A DNA stretch of 64,000 nt, from positions 53,320,001-53,384,000 of the forward strand of contig NC_043009.1 of assembly GCF_006345805.1 (NCBI RefSeq). The letters are read 5' to 3'. This document shows, piece after piece, positions 26,541 to 39,975 of the stretch. Each line of letters opens with the position of its first letter. The first letter of the stretch is position 1. The position numbers and the translations under genes are program-made. Source of the stretch: Octopus sinensis (lineage: Eukaryota). The notes below the pieces were generated by a model. It searched no databases and had not been told where the DNA came from. It worked only from the letters and a program-made list of their open reading frames with translations.

Positions 26541-27949
26541 TGCGTGTGTAATCTGGGAATGCATACAATGAGCTTCTCTGCCCTAGTTGTACGGAAAACA
26601 CTCGGCGAGAAACGGAAGAAAATTTGAAGAAAGAAGGAAAAAAAATAATTTGCTTATGATGTAGTAGGATAACAGTTGTGGTCAGTCTGCATCTTTACTG
26701 AACCACTGCCGAACGGGAGACCTTCCCTTATAGGTCCGACTTCATTTAAGCGGTTACAACTAGAGTTTCTACGGAAACTGCGGTCTCTCATAAACTGAGA
26801 TGAGGTAACGTTCGTCACCAACGTCATCACCTCTATTATTTTTAGACATCTGATAGTTTCAAGCAACATCTGATAGTTTATATTGCATCATTTGTTGCAC
26901 CTTTCTGCTGGTGAGGTGGTGGGTGCTAGATTTTCTTTGTGTGGGGTGATATTATATTGCATCAGTATGTTTTGTTATGGAGTTTGGTTTGAATGTTGTG
27001 TTGTATTAGTTTTTGTATTGTGTAGCGCAGGTTGTAGTTTTCTGTTGGGTATCAAGCATCTATGGCACACGTTGTGGGCTTTGTTCATTTTGTTGGGTAT
27101 TTACTGTATGAATTTATTCGTATATGTTTTTGGAGGAGTGTTGCATAGTAGCGTGTGTAATTAATAAATCAACCATTTCATAGTATTCATGGTTATCTGT
27201 CCATCGTTCTTTCCTTTTTGATTGGTTTTGTTATGAGACCGTCTTTACAGCGTTTACCATTTGACAGAAAACCGCCTATGGGCATGTGTTGATGTTTCTT
27301 TCGTATTCATAATTATTATTGAGGTATATGCGAGAGACCGAGAAGAAACATCATGATTATTATTATTATATACGTTTGCTTTGATTTTGTTTAACTCCAG
27401 TCGTAAGTGGAGCATACATTGTCATTCATATGTATATTGTTCCGTAGCTATGAGAAAAAATATAAAATCGTAATTACATTTAAGATCAGCCTCTTCTTTT
27501 AAGCTTTATGCTCTGTGATGTGTATTGTGATGTGTATTGGTTACTTTACTTTAGAGGGCTAAGACAAACATAGAATCTGCCCTGTGTATTCTTTAAATTG
27601 TGCAAATATGATGTCTTTGCCACACATTATCGCTCAGATATTATGCCTGACACGAAGAATAAAAAGACACTTCAGCCTAGAATGTAAAGAGCAATAATCT
27701 CTACACTTTGTGTTTAGACCAAGTATGTTACATTCTGTGAAACTCATCATCAGGAGGCACGGTAGAAGATAGGGAAAAAAAGCTTAGCGGTACTAAACAC
27801 ACACAAACACGCTTACATCTAATAATTGATAAGGATCATAAACAACGTCGACTCCCACTGCGAATGCGAGGTAGAACTATTGGTTGAGAAATCCCTTCGG
27901 CAACCAAGAATGATAGTTAATAAATGAAACAGTCAATCGACTAAAACAA

Positions 27950-29215
27950 ATTACAGATAAAATACTTGTATCGAGATTAATAGTAATATCCTATGGATGA
28001 GCAGGCTAGCCATTTTCGATCAACCTACTTTAACAAAATGTGTATATACAAGCAGATTGCTCACCTGAGATTGCTGCAATCATGTTAACTTGCATAAGGC
28101 TTGCCCATTCTGCATTTAAACAGCCACTCAACCTTGCGCACAATGGCAATATTGTGTGTAATATTGGCAAGGGATCTTAACAAGCAGGGGTTCTGAAGTA
28201 GGCCAAGGTGTCATTATGAGAGTGATAGCATATTTCAATGTCCCAGAAGTAACACTACCATCATTAGAGAAACCTCAGTCCCATTCTCTGGTAATTTGAA
28301 GCAAACTTTTCCAGCCATTGTCAAGGGTAACACCAACTAATGAGTTACGAACAAGACTCGGAGTATACCATATTTGGAAAAGAGTGGAAAGCCTTCATTT
28401 TTCTATTAATATGAAAGATAAACTTTATAAAGATGTCTCAACAGCCCAGTTTGTTCACTTTTTGCTTCAACTAGGAAATGGTTAGGTATCATTTGATACT
28501 GAGGACGGAACTGTCTTAATATCAAAATATGTGTAAGAATCATCAACACGTTTCTAAAAACGTTATCGAATGTTTATCTTAGATTCTCATAGAATAATAA
28601 AAACCATGCGCGAGTTTATAAATGTGTTTTACTGGTTCCCTAAAAGAAGATTTGCAGGATATTAAAGTCATCATCATTTAACGGTTTTCAGATTAAATCC
28701 AGCGAGTAGGGCTGACATTTTGGGTGATGTTAACGATGCTGTTAACTATCCAACAGAGTTTCTTAGACCTATTCATCATCACTCTGTCGTCCATCCTCAC
28801 AATTTTCAACTGGAGGCAGAAACTCCCATTATGCCGTTATGTCATTTGGACGTAACAAAATTCTGTATCGTTTCGAGATTAGCTGTAAAAACTCTCATGC
28901 TCCCTATAACAAAAACCAATTACGAATGGCTGCGACAACGGAAATTTTTTAATGCTACAAATTCCCGTCATATCATAATATACGCCATTGAACCCAAGCA
29001 TATTCGGTTCCTTATGATTCTATCGTCTTCTATTACTCTCAATATTTCTCAGCGAAGTCCCGCAAAGAGCTGGGTGTGAAGTGTCAAGTACACGTCTCTC
29101 TCATAGTAGGCTCCATATTTCATACTCATGTATTGAGGCAAATAGGTATTTTTCTGTCAGAGTATATATTGCCAAACAAAAAATTGTTCTCTACCCCAGA
29201 ACTCTTACCAAATGA
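27950..29215 (+). mobile_element. Decayed Helitron (PIF1-type helicase C-terminal half)
   Basis: Broken frames give IAAIML..AHSAFKQPLNLAH..CNIGK, SGNLKQT, DAVNYPTEFL..PHNFQL..SRLAVKTLM, TLNISQ, SHSRLHISYS, KQKIVLYPRTL in Helitron order. Confidence 0.8.
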
Positions 29216-29301
29216 AACACATTGATGCTAGAGCAGCTTGCTTATATGCTGCATAAAGTTTGGCAGTATAAGAATATGTATATATATATATATATATATA
29301 T

Positions 29302-29467
29302 AGGCGCAGGGGTGGCTGTGTGGTAAGTAGCTTGCTAACCAACCACATGGTTCCGGGTTCAGTCCCACAGCGTGGCATCTTGGGCAAGTGTCTTCTGCTA
29401 TAGCCCCGGGCCGACCAATGCCTTGTGAGTGGATTTGGTAGACGGAAACTGAAAGAAGCCTGTCGTA

Positions 29468-29518
<51 letters not shown>

Positions 29519-29738
29519 ATGTGTGTTTGTGTGTCTGTGTTTGTCCCCCTAGCATTGCTTGACAACCGATGCTGGTGTGTTTACGTCCCCGTCACTTAGC
29601 GGTTCGGCAAAAGAGACCGATAGAATAAGTACTGGGCTTACAAAGAATAAGTCCCGGGGGTCGATTTGCTCGACTAAAGGCGGTGCTCCAGCATGGCCGC
29701 AGTCAAATGACTGAAACAAGTAAAAGAGTAAAAGAGTA
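29302..29738 (+). mobile_element. SINE family A, full length
   Basis: Head and tail as at 7574-7988; sits in TA tract. Confidence 0.9.
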
Positions 29739-29910
29739 TATATATATTTATATATACAAAGAGCAATAAAGATTCAAGTTAATTTAAAAAAATTTACTTG
29801 AATATGGTACCTAACTTAGATGCACCAAAAAAAAAAAAACTATACTGATTTAACAATACAGTAATGTGGGGTGATTATAAGCGAGAAAGAAGCAACAAGA
29901 ATGGATAGGT

Positions 29911-30001
29911 TTTTAGTACGATCGTTTCATACAAGGACAGGTTTTATTAAAAGTTGCAAAGATTACAGCATATAAACGAGTCCCGTACTCATCAGCTAAA
30001 A
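29911..30001 (-). ncRNA. Type I hammerhead ribozyme, 60-nt stem II domain (left arm copy)
   Basis: Reverse complement of 30415-30505. Confidence 0.8.
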
Positions 30002-30414
30002 TACATGTAAGTTCTCTAGACATCCTAGGTTTGAGGCTATACTCATGAAGTAATGTAGATAATTAAACAGATTTCTAAAGTTCATTAAAGTTCTTTAAAG
30101 ATGATGTACAGTCTTATCACAGAATTTTAAAAAGTTTGATAGCATCACAGAGAAGGTGACCTAATCCATATGAATTCCATAGATATGATGAGGGATTATA
30201 TAATGTGAGTATATAATCCCTCATCATATCTATGGAAATTCATATGGATTAGGTCACCTTCTCTGTGATGCTATCAAAACTTTTTAAAAATTCTGTGATA
30301 AGACTGTACATCATCTTTAAAGAACTTTAATGAACTTTAGAAATCTGTTTAATTATCTACATTACTTCATGAGTATAGCCTCAAACACTAGGATGTCTAG
30401 AGAACTTACATGTA

Positions 30415-30505
30415 TTTTAGCTGATGAGTACGGGACTCGTTTATATGCTGTAATCTTTGCAACTTTTAATAAAACCTGTCCTTGTATGAAACGATCGTAC
30501 TAAAA
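30415..30505 (+). ncRNA. Type I hammerhead ribozyme, 60-nt stem II domain (right arm copy)
   Basis: UUUUAG-CUGAUGA-GUACGGGAC(N41)GUCCUUGUAU-GAAAC-GAUC-GUA-CUAAAA: intact core, 6-bp stem I, palindromic stem III ACGAUCGU, GUA triplet; stem II closed by G-U. Confidence 0.8.
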
Positions 30506-30812
30506 ACCTATCCATTCTTGTTGCTTCTTTCTCGCGTATATTTATATATATATATATATATGTAATGACAGTATTTTCTTAAATAGCAAAATTAGAATTA
30601 TCAAGAAACACAGTCTCAAATAGCGCGGAAACCAAGATAAAGTTCAGCTGTAGACACATATTTATGCATTACGATATCTTGATATGCAAATATAGTCACA
30701 TAAAATATAATAGACTTCTTAAAATTCACCATAAATCATGTCAGGTAGGAAAAAAAAATATATATCCATCCACCAATCCATGCACTCATGCATACATAAT
30801 GGTAATAATACT

Positions 30813-30868
<56 letters not shown>

Positions 30869-30971
30869 ATACACACACACATATATATACATGCATATAT
30901 ATGTGTTTTTCTGTGTGTGTACACATTTGTTCGTATTACAGTAAATGCATTAATACATAGCTGTTACTTAC

Positions 30972-31104
30972 AGTGCAAACAAATGGATAATGATCTCGTC
31001 GCATCGTCTTCTCGTCAAAACCAAGTAGCATGAGGGCAAGATAGACTAGTATACATCCAATAACTGCAACATTGTTCAGTATGGGACTGGATAATTTAAT
31101 GTAT
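30972..31104 (-). CDS. Internal exon of a GABA-B-receptor-like class C GPCR (ICL1-TM2-ECL1)
   Basis: Acceptor ttcttctag, donor gtaagt; 133 bp, phase 2 to phase 0; (R)YIKLSSPILNNVAVIGCILVYLALMLLGFDEKTMRRDHYPFVCT fits the GABBR pattern IKMSSPxxNNxxxxGxxxxY..GxD..CT; subunit not assignable. Confidence 0.88.
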
Positions 31105-31968
31105 CTAGAAGAAAACAAGAATATATATATAAAATAATAAATTTAAAAGAATGGACTATTGTAGTTAATCCGTGCTGTATGTATATATGTATGTATATAT
31201 GTATGCATGTAGGTATGTACGTATGTATGTAGTTAATGTTTTGGACAATAATGAGAAAACATAAAATGAAATACAATAGAAACAATGTAGGAATATATTG
31301 AATATATTTTCGATTTAATAATGAAACACTCCCTTCATATATCCAGCTGTGTACATATGTGAGAAACAATTACAGTTATATTTAACATCACTACCTAGAC
31401 TGCGTGTGTCTTTAGCGGAGGGCGGACTATATCAAAGTATTAGGATGAGGTCTCTGATCTATTTCTAACTTCCTCTCATCTTCTCATCAGTATCGGATTC
31501 CTTGAAATGGAGGTGCAGGTTGGCTCTACTACATTGACCTCGAATAGGTCTAAGAAAATACGTCTTCGCCAAAACCGAAAGCAGGGCACTAAGTAAATAC
31601 ACAGAATTTACTACTTCGTCTCTAGATATGAGATAATATCTCTTTAATGCCACAAAAGCTGTAACATAAAATCCGAACAAAACATTTTATTATTACATCT
31701 TGAAATAATATTTCGCGCCTCTATTGTTCTGACATCAGAATGGCCTCTCTCGTGAAACGTTTCCATGAGCTCTTTCCAAATAAATTAATACACTGTAATC
31801 CAATAAACTTGAATCACACTTTACAACAGTGATGTGTTATCTCAAGTATCAACAAAGGGAATATCTTTCTTTCTCTTCTATAGTAAATTCCAACATAATC
31901 ATTCATATAGCTTCATCAGACGCAAACATATACGTTTCATCAGAGACGCACATGCTCACACACACACA

Positions 31969-32045
<77 letters not shown>

Positions 32046-32562
32046 AACCGTTAATTCGAGTACACAGATTCAGAAGCACTACAAATTCAACATACAGTGA
32101 AAACACATGTCTGGCAAATCAAATAAATAATTACTGGAACGTAACATCAGCGTTTATTTTAATTTTAAGAATCAATAAACAAATATGAAATAACATAACG
32201 CACTCCACATTACCTGAAGAGTCAGGTAGAATATTTGTGTGGTAAGAATAGTATTCCAAGCTGTTCATAAAACATAAATTATTCTAAAATTCAGTTCTTT
32301 TCTTTGACACATTCACACACAAACGCGAAGAAGAGAAAGAATAATAAAAATGCAGGAGAGAGGTATGACAGTAGCAGGATGTTGATGGAATCCTCTTAAA
32401 TGGTCAAGTGACCTGTTGTGATTATAATAGTAGTGATTGGAATTGTTCTGAACAAATTCATGTGAAGAGACCTGTTTTGAATATATCGTTTTCAATATTT
32501 GCGTGTGTGTTATTCTAAGCTCCTGTTGATACTGTCATTTGTGGTGGAAGCATTTCAAAAAC

Positions 32563-32619
<57 letters not shown>

Positions 32620-32622
<3 letters not shown>

Positions 32623-32810
32623 AGCAAAACTATTTTTTCCTCTGTCTTCCCTTCTTGGGATCTTTCCTTCTCCTTGTTTCCGACGAAGAGCTCCGCTCGA
32701 AACGTTAAACCCTCCTTCCCTTCTTTCCTGAGCGTCAAATAATACTTTAATTGTTCCACGTCTTCGCGTTGCTGTTTGTTTTCTGTGTTTTCTTGTTTGG
32801 ATTAACTATA
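32620..32810 (+). mobile_element. Short PLE-type terminal repeat with hammerhead-like motif
   Basis: Near-identical to 53475-53650; contains GTTT-CCGACGAA-GAGCTCCGCTC-GAAACGTT-AAAC. Confidence 0.7.
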
Positions 32811-33008
32811 TATATATATATATATATACTGTGTGTCAAATTATTAGGCAGCTCAGTTCTTTCGCAATAACAGAGTATTTCTTCGTTCGAATCTAGATAT
32901 TTTCCCCCTGCATGATGATAACACCTATCTGCATGTACTGCATCAACATAAAATCTGACCCACCCATACGTAAACAACAACCATTTTTGTTAATAGGCAT
33001 AATTTTTA

Positions 33009-34208
33009 CCGTCCTAAATTATAAGGTGGGTCTTATAAAAATCCTAATTATGCAAGAACAAACATTTATTGAATGCGACAATTAATTTTTAACAACAAAT
33101 ATAAGCATAATGGACTTTATAAGGAACAAATAATATGTTTGAATGGAAATAATGCAAGAAATGAGACGTAGTAAATTTCTTAATGATGGATGTATGATCC
33201 TCCGCTTGAGAGAACGTCCCTGACACGATTATCCATTGAATTTGTCAATGTAACCATTTCATCTGGTCTAATACTGTCAGTAGCATCCACAATAGCTTTC
33301 CAGAGCGCATCTTTCGTTGAAAACAGCCGTCCATCTTTATATAGATCTTCCTTTTCAGAACACACCTTATATTTTCTGTTGGATTCAAGTCGAACGGACA
33401 CGTTGACCACTACATCAAACGGTGCCCAGAGAAGCCTAATTGCTGTAGGTATTGCAGAGATTTCTTAGCTGCATGGTAGGGTGCATTATCTTGCATGAAC
33501 ACCAGCGTTCTCTTTACTGAAACTTTCTGCTTCTTCAACCATGTCTCAAAACGGTCAACTAAAAAGGCAACTTAGGCATTAGGTGTCATCTTAATTCCGT
33601 CTGGAACTTTCCAAGGACCAACCAACTTGTCTCCAATGATGCCAGCCCAAATCATGACTCCGCCTCACCTTTGTTGGTGTCTCAAACGATGAGGATGATT
33701 TCCGCTTATTGCAACTCATCCTTTACTCCAACCATCTGGTCTGTCTAGTGTAACACGGCATTCGTTAGTAAAGTGGACTTTTGAAAAAATCTATCTTCAT
33801 GTGCTCTTCTGTCCATTTGACTATTTTGTTTATGAACAGGTTTTTCGTTCTTGGCTACCAGGTTTAGGACGCGACACCTGGGAGATTTCGAAATGTCATC
33901 CCTACAACAATGTTTAAATACTTCTCGACTGGTCAGACACGTGTTCTTCGCAACTTCCCTCGTTATACGTGACAGAGAACGCCTGGAAACAACCCTCAAT
34001 TTACCCTTGTCAGCCCTCGAACGGACAGCAGAGGACTCCACAAATTTCTTCACAGTTCGATGATCTCTTCTCAGGATCTCTAATATTTCCAATGTCGCTT
34101 TGTTTTTCCAAGCTCTGAGGTGACAGTGAACTTCTCGATTAATGGTAAATCACATTTTTGACCTATAATAATACTTTTATTTGGTACTTGCCTAATATTA
34201 TAAGACGG
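33009..34208 (-). mobile_element. Full-length decayed Tc1-like (DD34E) transposon
   Basis: TA|CCGTC...GACGG|TA with imperfect TIRs; fragments RRDHRTVKKFV, GGVMIWAGII, VFMQDNAPYH, DLNPTEN. Confidence 0.85.
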
Positions 34209-34390
34209 TAAAATTGTTGGTGTTTCACGAAAATGGGTACCGTTTGTTTACATCTGCACGGATCCAATTTATTTTCTTACGGTATGCGCAGGCAGATGTT
34301 GCCATCATTCAGTGAAAACAAATCTGGATTCAAACAAATAAATACTCTTTTATTTCGAAGAAACAGACCTACCTAATAATATGACATGCA

Positions 34391-34504
<114 letters not shown>

Positions 34505-34511
34505 ATGTGTG

Positions 34512-35140
34512 TATACAAGGGGCGGTGAATAAACTGTCATCTAAATTACGCAAAAATGAATATAACAATGACTTCTAATTTAAAAAAAATATTTTTATCA
34601 AAATTACCTAATAATACCTCGAAATACTAAAGAGTAAATTTATTCAATAAAATTGTTATTGGCTTCAACAACGGCCTCCAGACGACTTCGGAACCTCCTG
34701 CAACTCTTCTGGAGGCTCTTCTTGTTTAAGTTGGTGAATGCTGTCATAATTCTTGCCTTCAGTTCATTATTGATACTACAAGGAGTTTTGTTGGTATCTC
34801 AATGAACTGCGTGCCATACATAATAATCAAGGGAGTTGCAGTCTGAGGAGTTAGGTGGGCAGATGTTAGGGGTAATGTGGTTACACAAATAGTCTGACAG
34901 ACATGACTGGGTTCTCTTGTTTGTATGGCATGGTGCAGAGTCCTGTTGCCAGACATAGGGTTTTACAGCAGCCACTCTCTTGACCCAGGACAGCACTATC
35001 TTCTCCAGGCACTTGATGTAGGCGTCCGTGTCGAGTCTGAGGACGTATGAGAAGATGAATGGAGGCATAACGTCGCCATTACTAGTGATCATGCCAAACA
35101 CCATGATGTTGACTGGGTGTCTGAATTTTATCAATCTCGG
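34512..35140 (-). mobile_element. DD37D (maT-like) transposase C-terminal fragment
   Basis: MVFGMITSNGDVMPPFIF..YVWQQDSAPCH..PPNSSDCNSLDYYVW. Confidence 0.85.
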
Positions 35141-35374
35141 TACATGTCGTCAGATTGACACCCAAACAATCTGAAATATTCGTATTGGAACTTTTTGTGC
35201 GAATGCCAAGCAGTACAACAGTTCGTTTCCAAATTTCTGGCGGAGTGAAATGCGCCATGGTGCTATTTTTCTCACATACGTTGCCCAGTTGACCCTATCA
35301 TACTGTATTTGTATAGTCGACAAAATCAATGACAACAATTTAGCCGTCGCAGCCTGTATGTATATATATATCTA

Positions 35375-35575
35375 TAGGGGGAGAATTCACGAAAAAAACA
35401 AAAGACAAAGACAGGTAGTGTAGAAAACAAACAGATGTATTAGTATAACGCTCAGGAATTGAAAACGTCTTTTACGTTTCGAGCCTACGCTCTTCTACAG
35501 AAAGGAACACAGGAAGAAACAAGAGAGAAACAAGGAGAGAAAAAAATGTGTGTAATGGCTAACGATCTATCATGG

Positions 35576-35580
<5 letters not shown>
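35375..35580 (-). mobile_element. Short PLE-type terminal repeat with variant hammerhead-like motif
   Basis: Copy of the 12729-12890 family. Confidence 0.7.
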
Positions 35581-35643
<63 letters not shown>

Positions 35644-36299
35644 ATACATTCGTACATAAATATATATAAAAGTATATTCTTACTGTTATTTCTTAATCGG
35701 TATCTAAATACTGGAGTAATTCAAGACATGAAAGTGTGGTTCAGTGTACTCAAATAAAATTCAGTTCTTAAAGCAGTTTCTAACTTTTTGTCGACTGAAA
35801 ATATAAACATACTCGCACAGAAACACACATACACATACATACGCATATACATACATGCATACATACATACACATACATACACATACATACACACATATGA
35901 GCAGTGTAGTAATTATACAATCTTTGAACAAAAAACTCCCAACAGAATTACATACAGGAAAGAATATTAATCTTCTGTTGAGGTCAAAATAAACAAATAT
36001 TACATGGAAGACAAAACAAGACTCGCTATAAAATCTATAATCACTATTAATGTTGTTCTCCACCAACCTCGTTACATTAATTATCGCACAAACTGGAAAC
36101 AGTTATTAGAATTTGCAACTTTACAGAAGAAAGGAAAAGAAAAATGTGTAAATATGCAGGAATTTTGATAACTAAACAAGCGCAACACTTTATTAAACGG
36201 CAAAGAAGCAATAAAATTTACTTACCTCTATATCTATCCGTCTGTCTATATCTATCTACGTACAGGCATACACACACACACACACACTTACGCGCACAT

Positions 36300-36990
<691 letters not shown>

Positions 36991-37734
36991 GTTTATGTGT
37001 ATGTGTATATATACTGAAATTATGTTCCTCGAGACATTTCCCACCACTGCGATTTTTAATCGACAACATTTTTTACTATTTGTTCGTGCGTATTTTGATA
37101 TAGACTAGAGCTGGTTCGCTCCTTCAGTCGTAGTTTTTTTGAGCATCAATCTTGTTGGTTCTTTCCCAAGTCGTGCTCTATAGCTATTGTTTTCTTTTAT
37201 GGATGGGAAGGTGTTTCTAATGCAGTTTTGTTGCTTTCATTTTATTAGAGATTTCGTAGTATTATTTTCTTATTCATTGTTTTCACTATGATTTAGCTGT
37301 TATCCATGTACATGTGTCGTTTGGTTGTTTTTGAATCTTCCTTTTTATAGAGATTCGCTTCAATGCTTCTTCTCATTATTATAGCCTGCATATCTAATTC
37401 TGATTCACTTCTGTTTTACAATTTACTTATATGTGTTCATGATAATTATGATTAAAATTACTTTTCCGAAACAGTTTCTCGCATTAAGTTATGGCTGATT
37501 GGCAACTAGCGACCGACTTTCTTATCTACTTAATTTGTCTACATTCGGTTGTTACTTATCTTGATTAAATGTTTTACATGCCGAATAAATTATTTTGCAA
37601 AAATAGTTTATTATTTTGTAACTGTTTAATTGATGCATGTTGCACCGGTATAAATTTGAAAACATAGAGAAAATGTTATAAACACCAAACAATATAACAA
37701 AATTAGAACCAACTTAATAAGGTGGTTTCGCATT

Positions 37735-37935
37735 TTGGCACAATGTCAGCAATTCTGAGGGTGCGGGTAAATCGATTATATCGACCCCAGCTTTCAACTG
37801 GTATTTATTTTATAGATTCCGAAAGGATAAAAGGCAATTTGACCTCCGCGGAATTCGAACTCAGAATTTAAGGACGGACGAAATGTCGCTAAATATTTTT
37901 CCCAGCGTGCTAACGGTTCTGCCACCTCACCACCT
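37735..37935 (-). mobile_element. tRNA-derived SINE family C, diverged
   Basis: Minus strand GTGAGGTGGCAGAACCGTTAGCACG..GAGTTCGAATTCC..TTGCCTTTTATCCTTTCGG; aligns with 54300-54531. Confidence 0.75.
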
Positions 37936-39667
37936 TAGATTTTAATATTCTGAATATGAAGAACATCAAGAGAACATTAAAGGAAACGAGGTGGGGACAA
38001 GAGAATATTCGAAACACTATCACTATCAACCAAGGAAACAAATGTAAAAGGACATAGAATATTCAAACCCAAATCAGAAATACCAGGATATCAGATTTAT
38101 AGCTGCATGGAATCAATCGAATCACAGTTCACAAACAAAATGTAAAATATCAAAATGACATATCAATAAACCGCAACAAACATGACCATATAATGTGGTG
38201 CAAATAAATTAGCAAATGACACAATGATAACTATAGTCAATGACCTAATAATAATCAAGAAAACCAAAAGATATTGGAAACCAAAGAACAAAACCTAATA
38301 CACACAGACAATGCTTTCAAATAAATAAAGCAATATACGACGTAGCAAAATAAGATTAAAAGCAATTGTTGAGAAGGGTATCTTTACCAGCGAATAAAAT
38401 AATTAAACTATTACAACGTATACATAGTGTGCCGGGACACAAATAGACATCGTTCTTGCTTGAAGATCACACGGTGTGAAACTTGAGCAACAACAAAGGA
38501 AAAAAATTGATTTTAAATCAGTAATATATATCACGTGTTTAATACTTTCAACTTCTGTTTTGTTTGAAAACAAGAATATATACATACATACATACATATA
38601 TATATGTATGTATGCTTTTATGTATGTATGCATGTATGTATGTATGTATGTATGTATGTATGTATGTATGTATGTATGTATGTATGTATGTATGTATGTA
38701 TCTATCTATCTATCTATCTATCTATATATATATATATATAATATGCATACATATATATATGTACACACATACATACAAATGTCTACACACACACACACAC
38801 ACAATATATATATATATTATATATATATATATATATAATATATACATACGTGTACACACAAACATATACATACAAATATATATAAGTCTATATGTATGTG
38901 TGCGTATGTGTGTATCTCTGCATATATGAGTATGTTTATATATATATGATAATTTTTATGGTACAATGCATAAATATATGTATGCATACATAGACACACA
39001 CAGTTATATATGTACAAGAACATACACACAGGTAATGTTTTTTTTTTATTATCAAAGTAATTATTTTTTAGTTTGACTATAAATTTTGTTTCTGGTCTTA
39101 ATTTTATTTCAACATTTTTCTGTCTTCGATTTAATGACTTGGTTTGTTTCAATGATTTCGAAAACTACATGTTGAGACAGCTGTCTGTTTTTTTTTCCTT
39201 CATATAAAGTAATGAAGAGCGCATTAAAATTGATTGCACACCACAATAACTATTTTAACTCATTGCCATCGTTATCAGTAATATTATTACTATTATAAAA
39301 ATATATCTTTTTCATTAGTATATGTCAGCATCATTAAAAGTTAGACAAAATTCTCAGTTGTAACTGTTACAACTGTAAAAACGTAGATTCTTAGTTCAAA
39401 TGCCTCCGCGACCTTCTTTACATTTCTTCTTCGTATTTTCGATAAATAAATAGAATATTTGTGAAGCACAGGGATCGATGTAATATAGTGTTCTCACTCT
39501 TAAGTTTTTCACATGTCTGTCATCTAGAAGCATGTCTTACCATCGGTTTGTCATGGTATTAGCCTCTGTTTAGCAGAGAGAAAACAACTTTTACGTACTT
39601 CCTAGCTATTCACATTAGTTTTCCATTGTACTTTAAAACATAGTTTTGTCATAGTACTGTATCTTAT

Positions 39668-39975
39668 GTGGAGGTACATGGCCTAGTGTTTAGAGCAGCG
39701 GACTCGCGGTTGAGGAATCGCGGGTTCGAATCTCAGACCAAGTGATGTGTGTGTTTATGAGCGAAACCCCTAGGCTCCACGCGGCTCCGGCAGAAAGTAA
39801 TGGCGAATTTCTGCTGACTCTTTCGCCACGACTTTCTCTCACTCTTTCCTCCTGCATCTTGCAGCTCACTGCAACGGACCGGCGTAAAATATCCAGGTGG
39901 AAAACCTATACGCCAAAGAAACCGGGAAACCGGTCCTAATGAGCCAGGCGTGGCTCGAGAAGGAACAAATAAAAA
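39668..39975 (+). mobile_element. SINE with family B head but a different 3' tail
   Basis: Head and centre align with 4021-4298 and 5927-6218; tail GAAACCGGGAAACCGGTCCTAATGAGCCAGG differs. Confidence 0.8.

Larger units (their letters stand above)
29876..30540. repeat. 665-bp near-perfect palindrome (arms 29876-30202 and 30210-30540, 7-nt spacer)
   Basis: Arms compared by eye differ by four 1-bp indels and one edge substitution. Confidence 0.95.

Noticed and set aside
26654-26869. 71-aa minus-strand ORF as a possible terminal exon
   Set aside because: No recognisable homology, and the acceptor lies in a 20-bp local duplication
31465-31680. 71-aa minus-strand ORF just upstream of the GABA-B-like exon
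   Set aside because: It has no resemblance to the expected TM1 exon; its CUGAUGA also lacks stems I and II, so it is not a ribozyme
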